Source: Promethearchaeota archaeon (GTDB taxonomy: Archaea; Asgardarchaeota; Lokiarchaeia; Sigyniarchaeales; SOKP01). From it: a DNA stretch of 64,000 bases. The stretch covers positions 192,001-256,000 of the forward strand of contig JBHLOY010000004.1 in NCBI GenBank assembly GCA_048939995.1, read 5' to 3'. Below, one piece after another: positions 30,944 to 42,696 of the stretch. Both the position numbers and the translations under genes were made by a program. Each line of letters begins with the position of its first letter. The first letter of the stretch is position 1. The notes under the pieces are model-generated. The model made no database searches, was not told the origin of the DNA, and saw only the letters and a list, made by a program, of their open reading frames with translations.

Positions 30944-31567
30944 TTATTCTTTAATTCCTAAAATAGCCCGATGTTTTGTTTTGTCAATATAAACTTTTAA
31001 TATATCAAAAGAGTGAAAAACTTCATAAATTTCTTCTATTGTAAAAAAATGATGATATAGACCTTTTTCTGGACCTGATAATGGAATAAATGTTCCTTTT
31101 TCTATTTCTTTTAGTTCCCACTCATCAACCTTAGTTCCACCGCTTAATATGGGAAAAGTTATAAATATATACCCCCCTTGTCTTAAAATTCTCTCGATTT
31201 CTTTTATAGTAAATAAGATATCTTTCATCAAATTATGATGAATAACTTGAGTTGAAATAATAGCATCAAAAAAGCCATTTTCAAAAGGAAATTTCTTCTC
31301 GATTCTATGTTGAATTAGTGTTGCTTTTAAATTTTCTTCAATTAACCACTTTCGAGCAATTTCCAAACCTTTAGGTGAAGCATCTACTCCATAAACATCA
31401 AAACCATATTTAGAAAAATAAACTAAATGCCTTCCTGTACCACATCCAATATCGAGTATCTTCTTGCAATTATTTTTTTGAAAAAGTTCCTTTATTTCTC
31501 CCATATTTGGATGTGGTTCTAAGAATGTTTTACCATTCTTAGTAAAAATGAAATTCCAACTATCCAT
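30944..31567 (-). CDS. Class I SAM-dependent methyltransferase
   Basis: ILDIGCGTGRH, FDAII, RILRQGG. Confidence 0.9.
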   Translation of the reverse strand: MDSWNFIFTKNGKTFLEPHPNMGEIKELFQKNNCKKILDIGCGTGRHLVYFSKYGFDVYGVDASPKGLEIARKWLIEENLKATLIQHRIEKKFPFENGFFDAIISTQVIHHNLMKDILFTIKEIERILRQGGYIFITFPILSGGTKVDEWELKEIEKGTFIPLSGPEKGLYHHFFTIEEIYEVFHSFDILKVYIDKTKHRAILGIKE

Positions 31568-31618
31568 ATTGATTTACTCTTTATAATTATATATTAAGAA
31601 TTAGGCAAAATTTAAGTA

Positions 31619-32611
31619 TTATTTACTTTTACGACTTTTTAATTCGTCCCAACATTCCCACATATAGTGACCATACTTTAATTTGAATTCTTCAGCAAAC
31701 TCATTTGTTCTTGGTCTAATAAATTCATAACCATTATGAATACACTCATATGTGACTGGAACTGGTCCTAATACTTCACCATCAACTTGACTGAAATATG
31801 AATCGCCTTGTGAACCTCTCATTTCAACTCTTACTTTCTGACTTCGAAATTCTTTCACATTTGGATGTGGAAGAAGAGACGCAGAATACATTTTCCTAAA
31901 TTGCCTAGCTAATTGAACCTTATCAATATTAACAACACTTATATCAAAAAGACCATCATTAATGTTAGCTCTTTGACAGATAAACATTCCACCTCCATAT
32001 GCTCCAGAAAGTCCAACAGCAGCTAGATTTGCTTCTCCTTCATATGTGTCATTATCCATTTTAACTATAATTTCTTTGTTTTCCCATGATTTTAATGCAC
32101 TAAGAATTATCATATTGTAGTCTTTTTCTTTATTTTCATTTGATAATCTTGCTACCTCTGAATCGAATCCTTGAGATCCTATACCAAGGAAATACCTTTC
32201 TACTCCAGCGTCAGTTCTTGCAAACCCAATGTCACATTTACTTGAATGTCCTTCAGCAATAATTTCACATGCCCTTTTAATATCTGCTTTATACCCTACT
32301 GCCGCAGGAATGTCATTTCCGGAACCCATCGGAATAAAGCCACAAAGAGCACCTGAATTTGAGCTTATTGTTCCATGGAGTACCTCATTTGCAGTTCCAT
32401 CTCCACCTGCAGCTATCACTCTATAACCCTCTTTAGCAAGATTAATTGCTAATTCAATTGCATGACCCTCATGAGCAGTTGGGTAAAGCTTATATGAAAC
32501 ATTTAAATTATCCAGATATCGAGTTACTAATGCAATATCCTTGGCCACTTTTCCTTTATTTGCCATTGGATTGTAAATAACAGCATGATCTACTTCCATT
32601 ATAAAACCCAA
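31619..32611 (-). CDS. Diacylglycerol/lipid kinase (YegS/DgkB family)
   Basis: IYNP, AAGGDGTANEV, PMGSGND, GFD, VDGE. Confidence 0.9.
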   Translation of the reverse strand: MGFIMEVDHAVIYNPMANKGKVAKDIALVTRYLDNLNVSYKLYPTAHEGHAIELAINLAKEGYRVIAAGGDGTANEVLHGTISSNSGALCGFIPMGSGNDIPAAVGYKADIKRACEIIAEGHSSKCDIGFARTDAGVERYFLGIGSQGFDSEVARLSNENKEKDYNMIILSALKSWENKEIIVKMDNDTYEGEANLAAVGLSGAYGGGMFICQRANINDGLFDISVVNIDKVQLARQFRKMYSASLLPHPNVKEFRSQKVRVEMRGSQGDSYFSQVDGEVLGPVPVTYECIHNGYEFIRPRTNEFAEEFKLKYGHYMWECWDELKSRKSK

Positions 32612-32732
32612 AATAAAAACGTAAATTTAATTTGTAATATATTTTTAAATATCGATTTATTTAAATGTTTACTTAAGACGAGTTAATTTAATATACAGTA
32701 AAATTAAATCTTTATATATCAATATTGCTATC

Positions 32733-33239
32733 TTATCCTTCTCTCCATTGGCAACCACAGCCACTACATGAGTACTTCTTCCCATAAACACGCGGATAAT
32801 GGCTTATTATGTAGTGTTTGTCTATAATTTCGTGGATTTTAAACCAACTTTCATTCCCACAAATAGGACAAGTCCGACGTCCATTTGGTTTAGGAAGAGT
32901 TAAAATTTCTTCAGAATACTTAAACATCGGCTTCTTAGATATTGACTTTAGGATATTTTTCTTTTGAATGAAGTTTTTTATAATTGGTTCCATTTGTTCA
33001 GAGACAGTTTTCTCTTTCTTAATAGATATATTCTCTTCCTTATCATCTTCAATTACTTTAATATAACTTTTAACAATAGAATTAATCTCATTCTTTTGAG
33101 GTAATCGATGATACTCTTCTTGAAAGTTTTCAATGAAATGTTCCACGTACAATTTTTCAATATTAAAACCTCTATCTTCTATTTCTTTTTTGATTTCGTT
33201 AACAATATAACCTTTTAAAACAGGGTTTTCTAAAAGCAA
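32733..33239 (-). CDS. Hypothetical protein with C-terminal zinc ribbon
   Basis: CPICG...CSGCG at C-terminus; AGGTGG SD. Confidence 0.7.
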   Translation of the reverse strand: MLLENPVLKGYIVNEIKKEIEDRGFNIEKLYVEHFIENFQEEYHRLPQKNEINSIVKSYIKVIEDDKEENISIKKEKTVSEQMEPIIKNFIQKKNILKSISKKPMFKYSEEILTLPKPNGRRTCPICGNESWFKIHEIIDKHYIISHYPRVYGKKYSCSGCGCQWREG

Positions 33240-33485
33240 ATTATTCCACCTAAACCTAGAAGGGATTTTATATATTCGATCTACTAATATCTAAAGATTA
33301 GGATGTTATTATATAAAACATTTTCTTCCTTTGTTCAAACTTTTTTGATCTATTTTTTAATGTTTAAATAATATGAAAGCAATTATTGCTAACATTTAAT
33401 TTTAAGTCAGAATTTATTCTTTAAAACAAAATTTATATTCCTAAATTTATTTATTTAGACAAAAGAAACGATATATATTTGAAAT

Positions 33486-34103
33486 ATGAAAGAAAATGAT
33501 CCAAAACTAGATTCTAAGAAAGAAAAAAAAGCAATATCTAAGAAAAAAGTTATAATTGCAGTAAGTATGATTTTTATTGCTTTCTTTGGCTCATTTTTAC
33601 TTTATTTTATTTTGCAAGTTTCATTAAATACTCAAACTCCTGTTGTTGTTGTAGTTTCTGGATCAATGAAACCAGCTTTAAACGAGGGGGATTTGCTTTT
33701 TGTAAGAGGAGTGAATCCTGCTTCTATTAGAAATGGTACAATTGAAGATAAGGATGGTGATATTATAGTATTTGACGCACATGGAGTTTGGAGCTTCCCC
33801 CCAGCCGATCCAATAGTTCATCGAGTAGTTAACAAACATTATGCTGGTAGTTACTGGGAATTTCAAACAAAAGGAGATGCTAATCCTTCTGTTGATGAAG
33901 GTTGGGTTCCTGATTATAAAATATATGGAATTGTATGTGGGGGCATACCATACATTGGTTGGGTAAAAATAATCCTTGCAGACTCCGGTTTATTAATTCC
34001 CCTACTTGTCATTATTTCCGCTATTTTAATTATAAGTATAATTTGGGATGTAGTGAAAGAAGAAAAAAAGAAAAATGAACCTAAGCCAGAAAATTTAGAG
34101 TAA
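33486..34103 (+). CDS. sec11: Signal peptidase I (archaeal Sec11 type)
   Basis: VVSGSMKP, GDLL, IVHRV, TKGDAN. Confidence 0.92.
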   Translation: MKENDPKLDSKKEKKAISKKKVIIAVSMIFIAFFGSFLLYFILQVSLNTQTPVVVVVSGSMKPALNEGDLLFVRGVNPASIRNGTIEDKDGDIIVFDAHGVWSFPPADPIVHRVVNKHYAGSYWEFQTKGDANPSVDEGWVPDYKIYGIVCGGIPYIGWVKIILADSGLLIPLLVIISAILIISIIWDVVKEEKKKNEPKPENLE

Positions 34104-34262
34104 TTTCGTAAGTTCTTTATTATTAAAGTCATAATAAGATTTTTATGAAATCAAATATTCAAAAGAAATGTTATTACTCGTAATTTTATGATTACGATAG
34201 TACATGAGTACATACAAACAAAAAAACAAGTTATATAACAAACAAACATAGAGGTTTTAAAC

Positions 34263-34544
34263 ATGTCAAAAAAAGAAGAAAACGCCGTGTTCGTGGGCCG
34301 TCGTCCTACTATGAATTATGTAATGGCGACTATGATGATCCTTAACAAGGGTGAGGAATGCACCGTTAAGGCCCGTGGAAGAGCAATCTCTCATGCAGTA
34401 GATGTGTGTGAGATTTTAAGAAACAGATTTCTAAAAGGCACAATATACAAAGATATTAAGCTCTCCACTGAACAATTAGAAGGTGAAAATGGTCAAAATA
34501 ATAACGTCTCAAGCATTGAGATCGTTTTAGCACCACCAAAGTAA
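34263..34544 (+). CDS. albA: DNA/RNA-binding protein Alba
   Basis: VFVGRRPTMNYV, KARGRAISHAVDV, VSSIEIVL. Confidence 0.95.
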   Translation: MSKKEENAVFVGRRPTMNYVMATMMILNKGEECTVKARGRAISHAVDVCEILRNRFLKGTIYKDIKLSTEQLEGENGQNNNVSSIEIVLAPPK

Positions 34545-34788
34545 ACTTATAGAGAAAAAACTTTCTCTTCATCAATACTAAGAACCTTCAATCTCTATTT
34601 TTTTTATTTTTATTTGAAACTCGACCTCGCGGGGAGATTATGTAAATTTTAAAACTTGAATACTCTTATTGCTTTAAAAATGAGTGAATTGATATATTAT
34701 TAAAAAAATAATATGAAACTTTAAAGATTTTAGATAAATCTTATTGTATTGTTAAATCTCAAATAATAAAAAAAATTCAGATTCCAAA

Positions 34789-35919
34789 ATGAGATCTGTA
34801 AAAAAGCTGTCAGCACTTCAAGAATGTATAAAATTTATTGAAGAAAAGAAAACAGATTTTGTAGAAGATGACTCTGCTCTAACAATAGAAGATGGTGAAG
34901 AATCATTCACAATCTCAGATGATCATATTTTTAAAATACCTGATGTTGAAGATCAAAGACCTATAGGATTTGTTGATGGAGGAACAGAACCTATAATAAA
35001 AGGTTCAGATTTTAGTATTAGTCTTTGCCGAGTGGCAGGAATCATATTTAATTCGAGAAATATAGTTATGCCCCAAAACATTCCTTTTATGATTGAGTTT
35101 TATTCGGCTACTATTTCTGAAAAAAATGATAAAGGCGAAATCGTTTTTAGAACGCGATATTTCTCAAAGGAATTTGATTATAATAAGTATTTGCCTCAAA
35201 AAGATCTTATTATTCCCTATAAGGATCCATCAATTAGAATGCAAGGTAAGTTTATCATGCCTATTGAGAATCATGGTAGTATTGCAATGCGATTTAGTGA
35301 ATGGACATATGCTAACCAATTCATTCAAAATGAATTAAATAATGGGGAAATCTTTATTCGCGATGGATCGCTGCAAACTGGATACCCTGGGGAAGCTAGA
35401 CTGGCTAATGAAGTACATTCTGCTGGAATTAATAAAAATGTATATATTACTGGCTTGTCAAAGTCATGCCGATTACTAAATAGAGGAGGAACCTCTTTAA
35501 ATGCTCAAATAAATATAATTGGTAATTCCAAATATCCTAAATCACGATGGTACTATTATCCTACGATAAGGTTTGCCAAAGCTGACAATCAAGCAGATCT
35601 TTTCTTTCTTAAGTTAAATAAGGATTCACCATATTCATTTCGATTTGATATTTACCTAGAGCAATCTAATTTACTTGATAAAAAAGAAAGGGAAATAATT
35701 ATTTCTAATATCGCTAATAATGCAAATGATCCAGCATTTCTAGGATATCCTTATGGCTTTATCAAAGTAGATCAATTAGCAAGAATCTCGAAGAGGGAAG
35801 TGGAGTCTGAAAAAATTCAGTTATTAGTTGAATTTGATAAAGATATATTTAATAAACATATAGTATCACGATTGCGTTCAATAGATGCTCATGATATTTT
35901 AAATAAAATAAGAAAATAA
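34789..35919 (+). CDS. nurA: NurA nuclease
   Basis: FVDGG, RDGSL, GLSKS, GYPYGFIKVDQLA; first gene of nurA-herA-mre11-rad50. Confidence 0.85.
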   Translation: MRSVKKLSALQECIKFIEEKKTDFVEDDSALTIEDGEESFTISDDHIFKIPDVEDQRPIGFVDGGTEPIIKGSDFSISLCRVAGIIFNSRNIVMPQNIPFMIEFYSATISEKNDKGEIVFRTRYFSKEFDYNKYLPQKDLIIPYKDPSIRMQGKFIMPIENHGSIAMRFSEWTYANQFIQNELNNGEIFIRDGSLQTGYPGEARLANEVHSAGINKNVYITGLSKSCRLLNRGGTSLNAQINIIGNSKYPKSRWYYYPTIRFAKADNQADLFFLKLNKDSPYSFRFDIYLEQSNLLDKKEREIIISNIANNANDPAFLGYPYGFIKVDQLARISKREVESEKIQLLVEFDKDIFNKHIVSRLRSIDAHDILNKIRK

Positions 35920-35936
35920 TATAAAATGATATTAGA

Positions 35937-37496
35937 ATGATGGATTTAGGAAAAAAGATTGGTAGTTTTGTCTCTGGTTCTTTTGTTTCTCTTATTTTAA
36001 GGCAGAAGTCCAAGGAGGAATTTGAATTAGGGCAACTATTTATAGCTGGAACGCATAAAGATGATTATTCAATATTTCAGATAAAGGATTTATTCTATGG
36101 GAGTCAAATTCCAGAAAGTTCTTTAGAATTAATAGCAGGATATGGATTAGAAAGAGAAGGTATGGATCTTAAGATATATGAACCTGAGTTAAGAAATTAC
36201 GTTTTAGCTCAAGCAAAACCCCTTATTAATGTCAAAAACCTTCAATTGTTTTTACCAAAAAAGCTTCCTCAATTTTTTGGAGCAATTTATGAAATTACTG
36301 AGGACCATCTACAATTTTTTAAGGAAAAGAGATTTGATGATCCTATAACCTTAGGAAAAGTTCGCTCTGGCTCTAAAGTATTAGATATAGATGTGAGTGT
36401 TAGTGCTTCAGAAGTTTTGCGCCATCATGTTCTGATTCCAGCTACAACAGGAAGAGGTAAAAGTAATCTGGTAAAAGTAATTTTATATAACATTATCGAA
36501 AATTTATCGTGTGGGAAGTTAGTATTCGATCCACATAATGAGTACTATGGAACTCCAAAAGTAAAGGGTCTTAAAGATCACCCAAAAAGTAATGAATATG
36601 TAAAATATTATACTTCTCGAAACATACCTAAGAAACTTGATTTAAAATTTAATGTAAAATATCTTTACCCAAGTCATGTTTTAGGGAGTATAGATCTGTC
36701 TCAAGCACAAAGTGATGCACTAACTCTATACTATAGATTATATAAAAAGCAATGGATACAAAAGATTTTTGATAAAAATGAGAAGTTACCTGAAGGGATA
36801 AATACGATTACAATATCAGTCCTACGCAGAAAGCTAGCATTATTGCTTGAATTTGGATTTGATGATGAAGACAATATTATTGAAAATGGAATTTACACCC
36901 TCGATAGCTACGAATCTACTATTGAAGATATGATAAGTTTCTTAGCTAACGGAAAAACAGTAATCATTGATACTTCTCTTTTTTCAGGAAATGAAGAAAT
37001 ATTCATTGCTACAATTATAGTTGAGAGTATATTTAATCGATATAAATATTATAAGTTTAAAGATGAATTAGAAGATAAACCTGTTATAACGATTGTGCTT
37101 GAAGAAGCTCCTCGAGTAATTGGAATTAAAGCATTAGAAGTTAAAGAGAATGTTTTTGGAAAAATTGCAAGAGAAGGAAGAAAATTTAAGATTGGTTTAA
37201 TAGGAATTACTCAATTACCAAGCTTAATTCCTCGTGAAATACTTGCTAATATGAATACAAAGATAATACTTGGTAATGAAATGGGTCCAGAAAGGCGCGT
37301 ATTAATAGAAAGCTCAGCACAAGATTTATCTGACGATAGTCAGACCATAGCAAGCTTAGATATTGGTGAAGCAATTGTTACTTCTAACTTTACAAAGTTT
37401 GCGATACCAATTAAAATACCATTATTCGATAAGTTGATAAGGAGTAATCTTCAATCTGAAAAGAAAATAAAGAAAGCTTCGCCGGGATTCTCATAA
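35937..37496 (+). CDS. herA: HerA helicase/ATPase
   Basis: [39 protein letters not shown]. Confidence 0.92.
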   Translation: MMDLGKKIGSFVSGSFVSLILRQKSKEEFELGQLFIAGTHKDDYSIFQIKDLFYGSQIPESSLELIAGYGLEREGMDLKIYEPELRNYVLAQAKPLINVKNLQLFLPKKLPQFFGAIYEITEDHLQFFKEKRFDDPITLGKVRSGSKVLDIDVSVSASEVLRHHVLIPATTGRGKSNLVKVILYNIIENLSCGKLVFDPHNEYYGTPKVKGLKDHPKSNEYVKYYTSRNIPKKLDLKFNVKYLYPSHVLGSIDLSQAQSDALTLYYRLYKKQWIQKIFDKNEKLPEGINTITISVLRRKLALLLEFGFDDEDNIIENGIYTLDSYESTIEDMISFLANGKTVIIDTSLFSGNEEIFIATIIVESIFNRYKYYKFKDELEDKPVITIVLEEAPRVIGIKALEVKENVFGKIAREGRKFKIGLIGITQLPSLIPREILANMNTKIILGNEMGPERRVLIESSAQDLSDDSQTIASLDIGEAIVTSNFTKFAIPIKIPLFDKLIRSNLQSEKKIKKASPGFS

Positions 37497-37520
37497 TAGA
37501 ATAAAAAAAAAGGCTAGATT

Positions 37521-38801
37521 ATGAAAATCAAATTTGCTCATTTGTCAGATTGCCATTTAGGTGCGTGGAGAAATGAAAGATTAAACGTTCTTGGATATAG
37601 AGCTTTTGAAGAGGCAATTAATATAATCATCAAAGAAGACGTCGATTTCGTGATAATTAGTGGAGATTTATTTGATGTTAGCAATCCAAAAGTTGAGGTT
37701 GTGGATTTAACGGTTAGAGAGCTAAAGAAATTAAAGGATAATGGGATACCTGTTTATGGCATTATGGGATCACATGACTTTTCTCCCTCAAATAAATCTA
37801 TGATTCGGCCTTTAGTAACTGCCGGACTTTTTATAAACGTATCAGAAGGAGAAACTATCGATGATAAACTAAAATTATCTTTTACTCAAGACCCAAAAAC
37901 TCAAATTAAATTAACCGGATTAAGAGCGAGAAAGAGAAGTTTGGAAATTGAAGATTATGAGAGATTAGATAAGCAGTTTTTAGAAACTGAACCTGGAATT
38001 AAGATTTTTGTTTTCCATACAATGTTAAATGAATTAAAACCAATCGAATTTAAACAGATGGAATCTACTCCTAAATCTGGTTTACCCAAAAATTTTCATT
38101 ATTACGCAGGGGGGCATCTTCATAAAACTGTTCCACAAGAATTAAGAGCGAACCCAATAAAAATATCATATAAAAATAATATCATTTATCCAGGAGCTTT
38201 AAGTTTAACTAATTTTCGAGAAATCGAGAGTTATAAATTTGGAGGCTTTTGTATAGTCTCGGGGGATATGGATGATAATAAATGTGACTTTAGCGTTAAA
38301 TTTATTCCTTTAAAAATAAAAGATGTAATTACTATGGATTTTAATTGTGATAATAAGACTGCTTTACAAGTTCAAAGCATTCTTAAAGAGAAGTTTGAGA
38401 CTCTCAGTGTCAAAGATAAAATCATCACACTGCGAATTCATGGAATTCTATCATCTGGTAAAACCTATGAAATTAAAACTAATAGTTTTATCCAATCTTT
38501 AAAACAAAATGGCGCTTATGAGGTTTTAATAAATAAGTTTTCACTATCCTCAAAAGAATTTACCTCTATAAAGGTTCCAACTGGAAAAAAAAATGAAGAA
38601 ATAGAAGATGTATTTATTCATGAACATGTTCAAAATACAAATATTAAAAATGTTACTAAAAAAGATTTAGAGAACAGGATACATGAGCTTATAGCGATAA
38701 TTGGAAAGGAAAGAGAAGAAGGTACGAAAGTAAAAGACTATAATGATTTATTAGTAACTAATTTTAAAAGAATTTTTCAGATAGATGAAAAAAAGGAATG
38801 A
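37521..38801 (+). CDS. mre11: Mre11 nuclease
   Basis: SDCHLG, SGDLFD, GSHD, GGHLH, YPG. Confidence 0.93.
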   Translation: MKIKFAHLSDCHLGAWRNERLNVLGYRAFEEAINIIIKEDVDFVIISGDLFDVSNPKVEVVDLTVRELKKLKDNGIPVYGIMGSHDFSPSNKSMIRPLVTAGLFINVSEGETIDDKLKLSFTQDPKTQIKLTGLRARKRSLEIEDYERLDKQFLETEPGIKIFVFHTMLNELKPIEFKQMESTPKSGLPKNFHYYAGGHLHKTVPQELRANPIKISYKNNIIYPGALSLTNFREIESYKFGGFCIVSGDMDDNKCDFSVKFIPLKIKDVITMDFNCDNKTALQVQSILKEKFETLSVKDKIITLRIHGILSSGKTYEIKTNSFIQSLKQNGAYEVLINKFSLSSKEFTSIKVPTGKKNEEIEDVFIHEHVQNTNIKNVTKKDLENRIHELIAIIGKEREEGTKVKDYNDLLVTNFKRIFQIDEKKE

Positions 38802-40908
38802 GAAAATGATCATCGAATCAGTGAAAATAAAGAATATAAGAAGTATAATGAATTTAGAAAGAGAATTTCCTGCTTCAACAATTCTATTCTATGGAGATAT
38901 TGGAAGCGGCAAATCTTCAGTCTTAAAAGCAATAGAATTTGGATTATTCGGAACGTTGACTGCCGCAGACTTAGGGGGTGATTCTCTCTTAAGAAGAGGT
39001 GAAAATAGAGGTTCAGTTGAATTAACCTTTCTTATTGATAATAAAAAATATACTATTAAAAGGAAATTGAAAAGATTTATTAAAGATAAAAAGTCCGCTG
39101 TTACTCAAGAAGAAGGCTCATTTATTGAATATACAGACAATAATGTGTCAGAAACTTCTTATGCCCCTACAGATCTAAGAAAAAAAGTATTAGCCCTTCT
39201 AAATTATTCAATAACTCGTTATGAGAAGGCTCAAAAGATTCCGATATTTCGTTATACAGTCTACACTCCACAAGAACAAGTAAAGGAAATACTACAAGCG
39301 AAACCAGATGAAAGATTTGAAATTTTAAAAGAAGTTTTTGGTATTGAAAAGTATGAAATTGCTCTAAAAAATGTTAACGTAATTAATGATTATTTATATC
39401 ATGAAGGGAAAGAAACACAAATCATTCTAGAGACGATTGGACAACCTGAGCTCTTGATCCCTATGAAAGAACAGGAAATAGAGGAACAAAAAAAGAAAAT
39501 TGAAAAAATACAAGGTGTCATAAAAGAAAAAGCAAAAGAATTGGAAAGAGAGGAACTAAAAGGTGAAAAAATACAGTTAGAATTAAATGAATATTCTAAG
39601 AAACTTATTCAAATAGAAAATTATCAAAAAACTATTATAAGTTCAACAGATTCTAAAACGCAAAACCAAAACTCATTAGATATATTAATCAGAGAAATTT
39701 CAGATTCTGAAATAGAAATAAATAACTTACCTCAGATAAAAATAGAGGCTGATATGACTGAAGAGTACTTAGAGGCTCAACTTAAGAAATCAAATAAACT
39801 CCAATCTAATATAGAGAAAAAAAAAGCAGTTTTGGAGAAAAAAGTTGAAGATATAAATAATCTTTTGAAAGAAGGTAAATGTTCTTTATGTGGCCAAGAA
39901 ATACACGAACAAGAAAGATTTGATTTAGAACTTAAAGAGATAAATGAAACAATTAAGCGATATTCAAGAGAATTCCAGGATTTGGAGACTCAAATACTTA
40001 AATATGAATTACATTTAAAAACTTTGAAAGAGTATAATAGTGTTAAAACACAGAAGGAAGCTTTATTAAAGTTACTTGAGGAAAAAAGGAAAAGAGAAGG
40101 CGCATTAAACAAAATTATCAATCAATATAATGAAATTATTGAACAGAACAAAAAATTAATAGTTGATGTTCTTAATAAGTACGATATAACAGATTTAGAA
40201 AAGTTAAAAGAACTAGAAGCCAAATTGAATGCTAAATTTATAAACCAGAAGAATTTAATTAAGGAAATAAATGAAAAAAAGGTAGAATTTGAAAAAAGTT
40301 TAGTCGCTGAACAGACGAATCTTAAAGTCTTAAATTCAGAATTAATCACATTAAAAGATGATCTAAAAAGAAAAAATCTACTTAGAAAAAAACTTGAATA
40401 TGTATCAGATTTAAGAGACTGGATTAGAGATAAATTCCAGATCCTTATAAGGGATATTGAAAGAGAAATTATATCTTCAAGTGCCCTTCAATTTAATGAA
40501 TATTTTAGAGAGTGGTTTACAACTTTAGTAGAGGATCAAAATATTGAAGTAGAAATTCGATTAGATGATTTTGAGCCCGTAATAACAGTGAATGGGTATG
40601 ATTCACCATTTAATGATCTATCTGGAGGAGAAAAAAGCGCCTTATCTTTATCATACAGACTTGCTTTAAATAAGATAATCAATGAACGATATCAAGAAGT
40701 TAAAACTAAGGATCTATTAATTTTAGATGAACCTACTGATGGATTCAGTCAAGAGCAAATTAATAAGATGCAAGAAGTATTTGAGAAACTAGATACTTCC
40801 CAAATGTTCATTATTTCTCATGAGAGGAATCTTGATTCATTTGTAACTGATATTTTTAACTTTAAAAAAGAAAGACATCAAACAAAAGTTATACAAGAAC
40901 AAATATGA
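38785..40908 (+). CDS. rad50: Rad50 ATPase
   Basis: GDIGSGKSS, coiled coil with CSLC hook, LSGGEK, ILDEPT, IISH; start may be ATG 38806. Confidence 0.93.
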   Translation: MKKRNEKMIIESVKIKNIRSIMNLEREFPASTILFYGDIGSGKSSVLKAIEFGLFGTLTAADLGGDSLLRRGENRGSVELTFLIDNKKYTIKRKLKRFIKDKKSAVTQEEGSFIEYTDNNVSETSYAPTDLRKKVLALLNYSITRYEKAQKIPIFRYTVYTPQEQVKEILQAKPDERFEILKEVFGIEKYEIALKNVNVINDYLYHEGKETQIILETIGQPELLIPMKEQEIEEQKKKIEKIQGVIKEKAKELEREELKGEKIQLELNEYSKKLIQIENYQKTIISSTDSKTQNQNSLDILIREISDSEIEINNLPQIKIEADMTEEYLEAQLKKSNKLQSNIEKKKAVLEKKVEDINNLLKEGKCSLCGQEIHEQERFDLELKEINETIKRYSREFQDLETQILKYELHLKTLKEYNSVKTQKEALLKLLEEKRKREGALNKIINQYNEIIEQNKKLIVDVLNKYDITDLEKLKELEAKLNAKFINQKNLIKEINEKKVEFEKSLVAEQTNLKVLNSELITLKDDLKRKNLLRKKLEYVSDLRDWIRDKFQILIRDIEREIISSSALQFNEYFREWFTTLVEDQNIEVEIRLDDFEPVITVNGYDSPFNDLSGGEKSALSLSYRLALNKIINERYQEVKTKDLLILDEPTDGFSQEQINKMQEVFEKLDTSQMFIISHERNLDSFVTDIFNFKKERHQTKVIQEQI

Positions 40909-41022
40909 TTTTAAATATTCTATTTAAAGCCTTTCATTAATAATAAGAAAATTGAAGATTTTTCAAGTACAAAAAGGTATTGTCCTAATTGCGGGACAAT
41001 CCTAGATGAGGAATTTTAACTT

Positions 41023-42207
41023 TTATTTTAAGAACTCCTCTAAAGAATTAAATGTTTTTTCAAGTATTTCCTTATTAGGTAGGAATGTTAGTCTAATATG
41101 TCCTTTACCGTATTCTCCAAAACCAGAACCAAAAACAGTACACACTCCTTTTTCTTTAAGAAAACTGATAGCAAAATCCTTATCATTCTTCCATTTAGAA
41201 AAATCCTGAAGTTCTATTTTTGGGAATAAGTAAAAAGCCCCACTAGCATTTACACAATTTATTCCTTCAATCTCTTTTAATCTTTTGTAGGAATAGTCAC
41301 GCCGTTCTTTTAATTTTCTTACCATTTCTTTGGTGTGATTACTTTTAGTTCTAAAAATTTCAACAGCGGCATATTGAGCTATTGTACTAGCAGATAAACG
41401 AGCTCTTGCCATTTTTGCTATACCTTCTTTTAACTCGGATAATTTATGTGCTGGATCATGGTAATATAAATAACCCAACCTCCAGCCAGTCATTAGATGT
41501 GCTTTTGAAAATCCATTCATCCCAATTATGGGGACATCCTTACTTAAACTAGCTGGACATACAAAATCCCTTTCATAGGTAATTTGATCATAAATCTCAT
41601 CTGACAATATTGGTAAATTAAACTCTCCTGCTAAGTCAATAATTTCTTTAACTCTCTTTTCTCTATATAAAACACCTGTAGGATTGTTTGGACTACAAAT
41701 TAAAATTCCTTTAGTTTTATTGGTAATTTTTTTTCTTAAATCATCAATATTAGGATCCCAATCATCTTTTTCGTCTAATTCATATTCTACCGGAATTCCA
41801 TCATAAAATCGCGTATTATTAATATATAGTGGATAAGTAGGGCCGGGTATAAGAAACTCATCGCTTTTCTCAACGAGTGCCGCCAAAAGAAAATAAATTG
41901 CTTCAGTTACACCTGTTGTAATTACAATATCACTAGAACTTATATTTAGATTATACTTACGTCTCATAAATTTACTAAGTTCTTCTCTTAGCTCCATAAC
42001 CCCCATGGAATCAGCATAATAGTTCTTCCCATTAAGGCTTGCACTTGCTAATGCTTTAGAAATAAATTTAGGTGTCTCAAAGTCATAAATAGCGGGATCT
42101 CCAATATTTAGAGAAATAACCTCTTTTCCGGATTTTTTTACTTCATTTGCAATAACAGCAATATCTCTTATTGCATATTCTATATCTTTTACTCTACGTG
42201 AAACCAA
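41023..42207 (-). CDS. Class I/II PLP aminotransferase (AlaA-like)
   Basis: LNIGDP, PNNPTG, SDEIY, GFSKAHLMTGWRLG. Confidence 0.92.
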   Translation of the reverse strand: MVSRRVKDIEYAIRDIAVIANEVKKSGKEVISLNIGDPAIYDFETPKFISKALASASLNGKNYYADSMGVMELREELSKFMRRKYNLNISSSDIVITTGVTEAIYFLLAALVEKSDEFLIPGPTYPLYINNTRFYDGIPVEYELDEKDDWDPNIDDLRKKITNKTKGILICSPNNPTGVLYREKRVKEIIDLAGEFNLPILSDEIYDQITYERDFVCPASLSKDVPIIGMNGFSKAHLMTGWRLGYLYYHDPAHKLSELKEGIAKMARARLSASTIAQYAAVEIFRTKSNHTKEMVRKLKERRDYSYKRLKEIEGINCVNASGAFYLFPKIELQDFSKWKNDKDFAISFLKEKGVCTVFGSGFGEYGKGHIRLTFLPNKEILEKTFNSLEEFLK

Positions 42208-42302
42208 TAAATATCACTTTATATTGTGAAAACCTTTTTGCAGTAAGTATTTTCTAAAATTAAATAAGTTTATTATTAGAAAAAGGGATAAATGATTATT
42301 GA

Positions 42303-42533
42303 TTAATAAAGCTCTAATTTAAGGTTATCAATTAGAGATGCTATATATTGAGCATTAAATGATTCTTTGTCTTCTAATTCATCATAAGCTCTCATATACT
42401 CACTCAATTGTTTTTGTTTCTCAAAATATTCTAATTCAAGATACCCTATCGAAAATTCAGGTAAAAATTGCTTGCATGAATCATCAATGACTTTTCTTTC
42501 CATTTCATCCAAATTTTTCACGTCAATTTCCAT
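42303..42533 (-). CDS. Small helical protein, partial paralog of 46775..47392
   Basis: Gapless 52-aa alignment with 16 identities to the middle of 46775..47392. Confidence 0.75.
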   Translation of the reverse strand: MEIDVKNLDEMERKVIDDSCKQFLPEFSIGYLELEYFEKQKQLSEYMRAYDELEDKESFNAQYIASLIDNLKLELY

Positions 42534-42610
42534 TAAAACCACAACCTTTTTAGAAAGTTTAAAATTTTGTTTTATCTGAGTAAATAACCATTATCTCTCA
42601 ATTTAAAAAA

Positions 42611-42668
42611 TTTGATAAGAAGATTTTTTATAGGTTTGATAAATTTTTTTATCAAAATTATTTTTAAG
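42611..42668 (-). promoter_or_regulatory. Operator-like element: half-site plus palindrome TTTGATAAA-N4-TTTATCAAA (42635-42656)
   Basis: 43/58 identical to 47477-47534; adjacent to a TATA-like TTTTTAAA on the minus strand. Confidence 0.6.
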
Positions 42669-42696
42669 TAATTTTTTTAAAATAAGAATATAAAAG

